Source of the DNA: Poseidonia sp.
Lineage (GTDB): Archaea > Thermoplasmatota > Poseidoniia > Poseidoniales > Poseidoniaceae
DNA length: 64,000 bases
Direction of reading: 5' to 3'
Assembly (NCBI GenBank): GCA_023254355.1
Contig: JALRLR010000001.1
Span: forward strand, 2,100-66,099
Below are positions 47,194 through 55,234 of the stretch, one piece after another (the first letter of the stretch is position 1; each line of letters begins with the position of its first letter). The notes below the pieces were generated by a model. The model did no database searches. It saw only the letters and a program-made list of their open reading frames with translations, and had not been told where the DNA came from. A program made the translations under genes and the position numbers.

Positions 47194-48567
47194 ATGTTCG
47201 CCGAAGCCCTCGCTAAGTTGCCTCCGCAACCAGCGCCAACCGCCATCAGCGAATTTAGAGAGCGTCAGGAACGCTTGACATCGCAATTTCGTAACGACGA
47301 TGTCTTCATTCTGACCTCGCCCCCCTTTGCTGTTCATTCCAACGACGTCGAATATCGATACCGTACGTCAAGCGATCTCCTCTACCTCACAGGCTGGAGT
47401 GAACCTGAGTCCGTTTTTGTCCTCCGTTACCACCAAGGCTCGTGGGTTTCAACGTTGTTTGTACAACCTCAAGACACGCTGAAAGAAATTTGGGAAGGTC
47501 GTCGCCCCGGAACAAAAGGAGCTCTTGCTGATTATGCCGTCGATGAGGCATACAACAACGACGAATTGTCTGTTCGCTTGTCCGAGTGGTTAAACGACAC
47601 CAAGCGCGTCTTCTTGCGGGGTGGTATGAACCCTGAAGTTGACGCCATGGTGGAACACGCCATTCGGAAACGAGACCGAGCGCGCCAACATTTTGGCAGC
47701 GGACCCGTGTCCCTTGAGGACCCATCCGGATTACTGGCCGAGTTACGACTGCGTAAATCCGCTTCAGAAATTGAGCAAATGGTGTATGCGAGCAAGGTCG
47801 CCAGTCTTGCGCATGAATTGGCCATGCGTCACAGTCGAGAAGGCGTCACTGAATATCAACTCCAATCCATCATCGAGGCCTTCTTTTCCTATGCTGGGGC
47901 ATCAGGTTGGTCCTACCCCTCCATTGTTGGTTGTGGTGAAAACGCGACCATTCTTCACTACACCACCAACCAAGACACGTGCGAGATGGATGAGGTCGTG
48001 CTCATCGATGCCGGAGCAGAATATCGGGGCTACGCCAGCGACATCACACGCTCATGGCCAATTTCGGGGACCTTTTCGGAGGCGCAGCGGGAAATTTACG
48101 AACTTGTCCTTCGCGCTCAACTGGTCGCCATTGATGCCTGCCAAGTCGGAGCGCCGTACACTGCGCCGCATGAGGCAGCCCGCCGTGTGCTTGCGGAAGG
48201 GCTGATCGAACTCGGTGTGATCCAACAGTCAATTGATGAAGCCTTGGACATGGACAAAGGAGAATTGCGACACTGGTACATGCACAACACGAGTCATTGG
48301 ATTGGTCTTGACGTACATGACGCAGGCGTCTACAAACCCGGTGGTTCACCACGGCTTCTTGAGCCCGGAATGTGCCTCACGATTGAGCCCGGTCTGTATT
48401 TCGGCGCTTGGAGACCGGATGTTGAATGCCCTGAACGCTATGCAAACATCGGCATTCGAATCGAAGACGATGTGCTGATCAGCACTCAAGGGCCGGTCGT
48501 CCTCACCGAAGATTGCCCGAAGTCGATTGAAGACCTCGAAAGCATTGTCGGCGTATCCCTCGGCTGA
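47194..48567 (+). CDS. pepP: Xaa-Pro aminopeptidase (aminopeptidase P, M24B)
   Basis: NDVEYRYR..SDLLYLTG, IWEGRRPG, ILHY, LIDAGAEYRGYASDITR, HWIGLDVHD, TIEPGLY, GIRIEDD. Confidence 0.95.
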   Translation: MFAEALAKLPPQPAPTAISEFRERQERLTSQFRNDDVFILTSPPFAVHSNDVEYRYRTSSDLLYLTGWSEPESVFVLRYHQGSWVSTLFVQPQDTLKEIWEGRRPGTKGALADYAVDEAYNNDELSVRLSEWLNDTKRVFLRGGMNPEVDAMVEHAIRKRDRARQHFGSGPVSLEDPSGLLAELRLRKSASEIEQMVYASKVASLAHELAMRHSREGVTEYQLQSIIEAFFSYAGASGWSYPSIVGCGENATILHYTTNQDTCEMDEVVLIDAGAEYRGYASDITRSWPISGTFSEAQREIYELVLRAQLVAIDACQVGAPYTAPHEAARRVLAEGLIELGVIQQSIDEALDMDKGELRHWYMHNTSHWIGLDVHDAGVYKPGGSPRLLEPGMCLTIEPGLYFGAWRPDVECPERYANIGIRIEDDVLISTQGPVVLTEDCPKSIEDLESIVGVSLG

Positions 48568-48576
48568 GTTGAGTCC

Positions 48577-49761
48577 ATGTCCTGGCAGTCCATCCTCGAA
48601 CGTCAAGCGTCTTGGTCAAAGGCCACAGCTGCGTCCCTCCGCCTGACGGTGGATGAAGCGGTGGTGCTCTACGATGAGGCACCTCTCCATGCATTGATGC
48701 AGGCGGCCCATCAGCGACGAATGCAGATGATTCCTGGTGGTTACGTGACCTATTTGGTCGATCGGAACATCAATTACACCAACGTTTGCACCATCAACTG
48801 CCAGTTCTGTTCCTTTTACCGGCCCCCTGGTCATGACGAGACCTACACTCAGACCTACGAAGAAATTTCCAATCGAGTCCGTGAATTGGAGGCCATCGGT
48901 GGTTCTCGAATTCTCATGCAAGGTGGGGTGAACCCCGCCTTGCCCATCACGTGGTACCTTGATCTGCTTCGATTCCTTCGTCACCATCACCCTTCCATTG
49001 CGCTCGACTGCTTCAGTCCCATTGAAATTGAAGGGGTTGCCGAAGTGTGTGGACTAACGACGCTTGAAGTGCTCTCGCGATTCAAGGAGGCGGGCATGCA
49101 CGGATTGCCGGGAGGCGGCGCTGAGATGCTGGTGGAGTCGGTGAGGAAGGATGTCTCTCCCAAGAAGGGGTCGCCTACCAATTGGCTCAAGGTCATGGAG
49201 GAAGCCCAATCCTTGGGCTTAACCACGAGTGCCACCAACGTCATCGGTTTTGGTGAAGGCAACGGAGATCGCATCGAACACATGAACCAACTTCGCATGT
49301 TGCAAGACCGTTCCCTCAATAACCACGGCCACGGCTTCACATCGTTTATTGCGTGGCCCGTTCAATTGGAAGTCAACTCTTTTGGACGCCGAAATCGAGG
49401 CCAAAACAAGCATGAACTGGGGGCCGGTTCATCCGAATACCTCCGTCATGTGGCGGTGGCTCGGCTGTTTTTTGACAACATTGACCACATCCAAGCCTCC
49501 TGGCCCACGATGGGGCTTCCCATCGCTCAAATGGCGCTTTTGGGCGGTGCTGATGATGCAGGTTCCACCATGATGGAAGAAAACGTTGTGTCCGCTTCCG
49601 GCACCACGAAAGTTGAAGCCCAAGAAGCCGAACTTCAATTGGCCATTTCCAGAGCAGGCTTCGTGCCAAAGCGGCGAAACAGTGACTATGAACTCCTTGA
49701 GACAGAACTCAACACGGCATCCGTTTCTCCGCCGGTTGCGCCAACGCCTATGCAGTCGTAG
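48577..49761 (+). CDS. mqnC: Radical SAM CofH/MqnC family, probable cyclic dehypoxanthinyl futalosine synthase
   Basis: DRNINYTNVCTINCQFCSF (CxxxCxxC), ILMQGG, PGGGAEML, HIQASW, GSTMMEENVVSASG. Confidence 0.85.
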   Translation: MSWQSILERQASWSKATAASLRLTVDEAVVLYDEAPLHALMQAAHQRRMQMIPGGYVTYLVDRNINYTNVCTINCQFCSFYRPPGHDETYTQTYEEISNRVRELEAIGGSRILMQGGVNPALPITWYLDLLRFLRHHHPSIALDCFSPIEIEGVAEVCGLTTLEVLSRFKEAGMHGLPGGGAEMLVESVRKDVSPKKGSPTNWLKVMEEAQSLGLTTSATNVIGFGEGNGDRIEHMNQLRMLQDRSLNNHGHGFTSFIAWPVQLEVNSFGRRNRGQNKHELGAGSSEYLRHVAVARLFFDNIDHIQASWPTMGLPIAQMALLGGADDAGSTMMEENVVSASGTTKVEAQEAELQLAISRAGFVPKRRNSDYELLETELNTASVSPPVAPTPMQS

Positions 49762-52700
49762 GGCCGTAGAAGACCACCCAAATCACGGCTCGAATGTTCC
49801 GTCCACCGTTGCCGATTCCGTCAGAGGGGACGTATTCTGCTCCGTTGTAATAGCCTCTATACACCAAGTGGTTGTTGGTCGTGTTATCGACCCATTCGGT
49901 GATATCGTATGTCCACTGTTTCACGTCTTGACCAGCGCACCAACCGGCACGGCCAAATGGCCATGACCCGAACTGATTGGCCACGACTCCGTTGTTCACC
50001 TCGTTTTCACAACCCTCGCTGCTGTACACGATGGGATGCCATTCGTAAGTTTGGTGACTTCCCATGGTGTAGTAGTGTTGGTGGTCACAAAATTCTGCAC
50101 AATTGGCCGTGTCTTGATTGAATCCGTGGCCGGTGATGGTGGCTACAATTTCAACACGAGTCGTGCCAGCGGGAACGGTAAAGTTGTGTTGACGATTGTA
50201 CTTTGACTCGTTGTTGTACGTCCCGTCAAATTGACCGCCGCTAAAGGCGTAGGTGGCGTTTATCGACCGCTCGCCGCTTCCCCAGTTGCTGAAGAGGAAG
50301 GTGACGGTGAGGTCCCCTTTGTTGGCACCTGAATACTTGAATCGCCGCTCTTCGCCATCGTTGAGCATGAACAAATACGGTGTGATGTCCGTAAGCCACA
50401 TGCCCTCCCGTCCATAGGTGGTGATCCAGCGGACCATTTCGGTGTTGCAGACCGAGCTGTTCGAAGCATCGCACACATAGAGGTAAGCGAGGTAGTCCCA
50501 TTCGTGACAACCACCGTACGTTCCATCCGATTTTTGATACCGGTTGGTACGATCGTAGCACGCATGTTCGTGGTAAACCTCGAGGGTATCGTACGAACTC
50601 AGATTTTCAGGGAGTTGGAAGGTGGCGTTCGTGAATGATGAATGACCTCCCCCCCACCCGCCAGTGTGGCGTTGGAAATCCATGACGGAGACGGCGTGAA
50701 CGCCCGGGTCTGAACTCCGAATTTTGGTTGGGAATTCGGCCACCCACTGATTGGTTTCATACGACAGGTGGTACGGGTCGTTTGATTGGCTTGTCCATGC
50801 GTAGAGGGAACCGGTTTCTCGAGCCAGTTGGAAACGATCGATGCCCATGTATAACGGATTGTTAAAGGAAGCAATCATGGAACCAAGTCCTCCACCGATG
50901 TTGCTTGCATCCATGTCAATGTAGTGAATTCGGTCGTCCCAATCCGCTTCTTCGCTTGCGGTTAAACCGGCTAAGACGGCGTTTCGCTGTTGAACCACAT
51001 CATTGTGATAGGTGGTGTCAAACGACCCGTAGAAGAGATGCGTGTTTTCAGGAAGGTTACGTATGAATTTACCTGGATTTTGTCCCCAGGTCGCTCCATT
51101 GCTGCTTCCAGCCGAGTTGGTGTATTTGAACATGAAAAAGTAGACATCATGGCCCGTCCAACGGTCTTTGAAATTGAACGAGCCGTTCAGCGTAGGGACG
51201 GAAAATTGGGGTACGATTTGCATCGGGCCGTTCAACGATGAAGCGTCGGTCCAGTTCACCGGTAGTTGAATGACGGCACAACCAACTTGATCCACGGTCC
51301 ACCGTTCGGGTGAATTTGCACAAGCGTCAACGTTGGCAAACACGCCGTCTCCATCGATGTCCGCACACCCCACGGCGTTGACCACCAAGCCCGAAGGTGT
51401 GCCTTCGCACTGGTCAATAAAGTCGTTTACGCCGTCTTGGTCGGTGTCTCGTTCCACGGCTGCGCAACCGTGTTCATTGACGTCCAAACTGCCCAACGGG
51501 GTTTGTGGGCACAGGTCCAAGGTGGAACCGGTGGCGTTGACATCGTTAACACCGTCATTGTCGTCATCATCGTCTTCCGTTGCGTCTTGGCATCCATCGT
51601 TGTCCCAATCGTTGGCGGTCGTCGAAGACCATCCAGCCACCCCTTTTGGACACCAATCAACGGTGTCGTTGTGATCGTCGTTGTCGTCGTTGTCATCCTC
51701 ATCCAAATCGGAGCAACCGTCGTTGTCCCAATCACTGTACCGGTTTGAAAACCAACCTTTGCGGCCGACGGGGCACGAATCCTCCACGTCTTCCACACCG
51801 TCGTTGTCATCATCGGTGTCTTCATCCGCATCGTGGCAACCATCGTAGTCGTAATCGGCGCTTGGTGTGCTCACCCAACCGTAGGAGTTTGGGCATCCGT
51901 CGTGAAGGTCAATGATGCCGTCATTGTCGTCGTCGTCGTCTTCGTCGTTGTCGCGACAGCCGTCTTGATCACCGTCCGTCGCGGGCGTTGATTGCCACCC
52001 ATCGTCGGCCCCGAAGCCGTTGGGGCAACGGTCGTTGGCGTTTTGGACACCATCGCCATCTTCGTCATCTCCCGCTCCTTCAATGACCACGGTGGTGGTT
52101 GCGACATCGTTGGCCACGGTGAAGCGACCGCAGGTCGCCGTCGTGGTGATCGTGTGAGACGACGTTGCCTCCGTAAAGTCAACAAGAACTTTCCATGAAC
52201 CGCGGTCGTCAAGGGTTAAGCCGCCCACCGTTCCGTCGGTAATTTCGTATTGAACGGTGCATGAATCGATGTTCGCGTGGTCTACTCGCCCCTCAAACCA
52301 CACCACATTTGGTTCTTCGAGGACCAATCGTGCGGCGGTGGTCAGCACCGGCGCCGCCTCAATGGGCGCTTGAACGGTGAGGCTGAGCACGAGCGGTTGG
52401 AACTCGGGTACCATCTCGGTGCTACCAGTGTTCGAAAATCGAATGGAGACGATGTGTTCGCCAACCGTATCCGGTACAAAGGAAAGCTGGTAGCCGTTGG
52501 ATTGCTCAATCCATTCAATGTTCATCAGGGGCGTAAAGGAGGGATTCAGAACCGAAGGCTCTGCGATGTAAGTACCCTCTCCTTCTTGATTCACGTTCAG
52601 GATGTAAACGGCTTCCTCTCCGAGAACCATCGTACCCGGAGCATTCACCCACGTTGCTTCGAGGCTGTAGGTCTCTAGGACAGGCTCCTCGATGTCGGGG

Positions 52701-52780
52701 GCGGAATCCGTCATCCCTAAACATCCCGATACGACCATCAAGGCGACAAAACAGAGAGCTGTCCAGCGTTGTGGCTGCAT
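49748..52780 (-). CDS. Lipoprotein with Ig-like domains, TSP3 Ca-binding repeats and C-terminal peptide-N-glycosidase F-like domain
   Basis: Lipobox-like LMVVSGC; repeats DxDxDGxxD..DxCP; C-terminal HEWDY, EMVRWITTYGR, ITGHG...CAEFC, RAGWCAG. Confidence 0.85.
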   Translation of the reverse strand: MQPQRWTALCFVALMVVSGCLGMTDSAPDIEEPVLETYSLEATWVNAPGTMVLGEEAVYILNVNQEGEGTYIAEPSVLNPSFTPLMNIEWIEQSNGYQLSFVPDTVGEHIVSIRFSNTGSTEMVPEFQPLVLSLTVQAPIEAAPVLTTAARLVLEEPNVVWFEGRVDHANIDSCTVQYEITDGTVGGLTLDDRGSWKVLVDFTEATSSHTITTTATCGRFTVANDVATTTVVIEGAGDDEDGDGVQNANDRCPNGFGADDGWQSTPATDGDQDGCRDNDEDDDDDNDGIIDLHDGCPNSYGWVSTPSADYDYDGCHDADEDTDDDNDGVEDVEDSCPVGRKGWFSNRYSDWDNDGCSDLDEDDNDDNDDHNDTVDWCPKGVAGWSSTTANDWDNDGCQDATEDDDDDNDGVNDVNATGSTLDLCPQTPLGSLDVNEHGCAAVERDTDQDGVNDFIDQCEGTPSGLVVNAVGCADIDGDGVFANVDACANSPERWTVDQVGCAVIQLPVNWTDASSLNGPMQIVPQFSVPTLNGSFNFKDRWTGHDVYFFMFKYTNSAGSSNGATWGQNPGKFIRNLPENTHLFYGSFDTTYHNDVVQQRNAVLAGLTASEEADWDDRIHYIDMDASNIGGGLGSMIASFNNPLYMGIDRFQLARETGSLYAWTSQSNDPYHLSYETNQWVAEFPTKIRSSDPGVHAVSVMDFQRHTGGWGGGHSSFTNATFQLPENLSSYDTLEVYHEHACYDRTNRYQKSDGTYGGCHEWDYLAYLYVCDASNSSVCNTEMVRWITTYGREGMWLTDITPYLFMLNDGEERRFKYSGANKGDLTVTFLFSNWGSGERSINATYAFSGGQFDGTYNNESKYNRQHNFTVPAGTTRVEIVATITGHGFNQDTANCAEFCDHQHYYTMGSHQTYEWHPIVYSSEGCENEVNNGVVANQFGSWPFGRAGWCAGQDVKQWTYDITEWVDNTTNNHLVYRGYYNGAEYVPSDGIGNGGRNIRAVIWVVFYGPTTA

Positions 52781-52817
52781 GGGTAAACCTCCTATTCGTT
52801 TGCCTTCAATGTGTTGT

Positions 52818-53960
52818 TCAAGAGATGTCCGATTCGGAACGACCGTCGAAGACCGGTAAGGATTCAACCACCACCTTGGCCGGTGAGTGGGCGACCCGGA
52901 GGGGTTCGACCCAGAGCAAAGGACCTCCTTTGCTACGGTCGATACGAAGGATGCATTCCCAATGAATGCGTACCAAGTCTGAATGAACGCTGCCTGGCCA
53001 CTCACCTTCGGGGCAGGCCAACGTCATGGCCTCGCCTTCCGTCCACCGTTTAAGTTCCCCCATGGCCATGATTCGCATCGGTCGAAGGTACAAACCGCCC
53101 TTGACCTCTTGGAGTTCCATCGGTGCGTCCTCCCCTCCGGCCGTTCCGTCGTCCAAGCCGGAAATCCAATGATGCGGGAGTTCCGTGGAGAGTCCCGGGG
53201 GTGGTTGGCGACTGACCTCCCTTTCAAGGACCTGCAACAACGTTTCACGAGCAGGGGGCAGAACACCAACTCGCCAAAACACATCCACATGGTTCCAAGT
53301 GGAGGGGCGGTTGTCAAGTTGGAGCGTGATTTCCAACGGCTTGTTGGCGATGGGATTCCCTTGTATCTCCAGCTTGGGCCGTGTTGGATGAGTGGCCAAA
53401 AACCGGTTCTGTCGTCGTAATTCGACCAAATTGGCGAGCACGCGAATGAACAGGGGTGCAAAAATGAGGGGAACCACAAAGACAGCGAGCGCTGGGTAGT
53501 CAAGCAAACCCCAACGAACCGTTTCCAAACCGTACACGGGAAGGCCAAAAAACAGCAAGACAGGAGAGATGAAGAGATAGAATAAGGCGGCCAAAAGCAC
53601 GATGACCACGCCGTTGATGAATTGACGCAGCACGTTATGGACGGGGTTGGGGACCAAGTACCAACCCCTTCGTTGGCGGTATACGGTGTCCACAAAATCC
53701 TCTTCTTCCAGAAAAGCCTGGTCCCCTTCATGCTCCAATCGTTGGCCGTCGAACCAATATTCACGTTGTATCAGCCATGAATCCTCAGTACCCAATCGGA
53801 ACGATGGAGCGAGGTTCATGAGATGGTTCATCGCCTCGTCTTGAGTTTCAAACTGACCCTTCGAAAACGTTCGCTTGCCAATGGGCAGGTGTTCTGGATT
53901 CCACCTTGACGATTCGAAAGGTGGGTAGCGGACGCTTTGGATCTCATCGAGGGACGGCAT
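52818..53960 (-). CDS. Hypothetical protein with 2 central TM helices and a C-terminal beta-rich domain
   Basis: ~380-aa ORF closely following the GGR gene on the same strand. Confidence 0.7.
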   Translation of the reverse strand: MPSLDEIQSVRYPPFESSRWNPEHLPIGKRTFSKGQFETQDEAMNHLMNLAPSFRLGTEDSWLIQREYWFDGQRLEHEGDQAFLEEEDFVDTVYRQRRGWYLVPNPVHNVLRQFINGVVIVLLAALFYLFISPVLLFFGLPVYGLETVRWGLLDYPALAVFVVPLIFAPLFIRVLANLVELRRQNRFLATHPTRPKLEIQGNPIANKPLEITLQLDNRPSTWNHVDVFWRVGVLPPARETLLQVLEREVSRQPPPGLSTELPHHWISGLDDGTAGGEDAPMELQEVKGGLYLRPMRIMAMGELKRWTEGEAMTLACPEGEWPGSVHSDLVRIHWECILRIDRSKGGPLLWVEPLRVAHSPAKVVVESLPVFDGRSESDIS

Positions 53961-53969
53961 CACAAAGCC

Positions 53970-55184
53970 TCAGGTCAAAAGCAATCGCACACCCGCTTTG
54001 AGAGCGAGCGGGCGGAAGGCCGGAACTTGACGAAGCAAGGCCATTCCTAGCGGTACAGGCTTTTCGATGTCGCCAATTTCGTTGATGATCTCCAAGGTGT
54101 TGGGGTGTGCAAACGCATTGAAATGCTTGTCAAGGGTTTCGTCCGAGCAGTCGCTTACGAGGAGGTTTCTCAGGGTTCTGGCTCGGTCTTGGTCCCGCTT
54201 CATGGCTTCCCACGGTTTCTTCGTGATGCGTTTCAACTGGACCTCATCCAATTTGTCGGATTGGATGGCCTCAGTCAAGGGTTCAACGATGCATTGTATT
54301 TGATGGAATCCAGGCCCGATGCCGCCACCGGTGGTGGGTTTTGCCATTCCAGCAGCATCACCCAGCAGCATGACTCGAGATTTGACCGCCTTTTTGACCA
54401 TGCCCGAGGGAACGGGGCCGCAATATCGGGCGACCTCCTGCACGTTGGCAAAACGGTCTCGCCAAAGAGGATGGTCCACCAGTGCCTGATAGCAGGATTC
54501 GATGCTTCGACCATTCAATCGCTCGGCGGTTGACCAGAGACCAATGCGATGTGAACCGAAGCCTGAGGGAATGACCCAAGCAAAAAACCCCGGCGCGATT
54601 TCGGAGCCACTGTACATCTCCAACCAACGGTCGCGTCCTTGATAACCAACCACCTCGGTTTGGAATCCAATCATCAATTCCTTTGGGCGTCCCATGCGAA
54701 AGGTTCGGCGTGTCCAACTGTGAGCGCCGTCGGCCCCAATCAGAAGTTTACAGCGAAGTTTCACGTTCTCACCCGAACGGTTGAGAAGGAGCTCGACCCC
54801 CGCATCATCGGTTTTGGCTTCCTTGGGCGTGGTGGCCAGCCAAAGGTCCGAACCACGTTCCATTGCTTGTTGGACGACGAATTGATCAAACCGCTTTCGG
54901 CAAACAACGTATGTACGAAGAACCCCTTCCGTGCCAACGGGTACCAAGGTTCCACTTGGACCGTGAATCAAGGCGCCGTCCACTTCTTCAAGGACCGTGT
55001 GATGAGCAGCCACGGCGTCCATGGCCGAGGGCGTCACGAGGCCGGCACATTGGAACGGACGACCAATTTCATCGTGTTCCTCAATCATCAGCACCCGTAG
55101 GCCTCGTTCAGCGAGCAACCAAGCCGCTCGTCCGCCAACAGGGCCCGCACCAACAACGACCACGTCGTAGTCGTAGGGCTCCAT
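53970..55184 (-). CDS. Geranylgeranyl reductase family flavoprotein (DGGGPL reductase-like)
   Basis: DVVVVGAGPVG, IGRPFQCAGLV, RKRFDQ, IGADG, PGFFAWVIP, GDAAGMAKPTTGGGI. Confidence 0.9.
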   Translation of the reverse strand: MEPYDYDVVVVGAGPVGGRAAWLLAERGLRVLMIEEHDEIGRPFQCAGLVTPSAMDAVAAHHTVLEEVDGALIHGPSGTLVPVGTEGVLRTYVVCRKRFDQFVVQQAMERGSDLWLATTPKEAKTDDAGVELLLNRSGENVKLRCKLLIGADGAHSWTRRTFRMGRPKELMIGFQTEVVGYQGRDRWLEMYSGSEIAPGFFAWVIPSGFGSHRIGLWSTAERLNGRSIESCYQALVDHPLWRDRFANVQEVARYCGPVPSGMVKKAVKSRVMLLGDAAGMAKPTTGGGIGPGFHQIQCIVEPLTEAIQSDKLDEVQLKRITKKPWEAMKRDQDRARTLRNLLVSDCSDETLDKHFNAFAHPNTLEIINEIGDIEKPVPLGMALLRQVPAFRPLALKAGVRLLLT

Positions 55185-55234
55185 GGCAGAGGGTCAGGAG
55201 GGTTGTGTTTCAACCTTCCTTCGGTGGAGGTGCA

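Noticed and set aside
48577..49761. Radical SAM gene as F420 biosynthesis CofH
   Set aside because: DRNINYTN, ILMQGG, HIQASW and GSTMMEENVV fit MqnC better and no cofG is adjacent; not fully excluded without a phylogeny.
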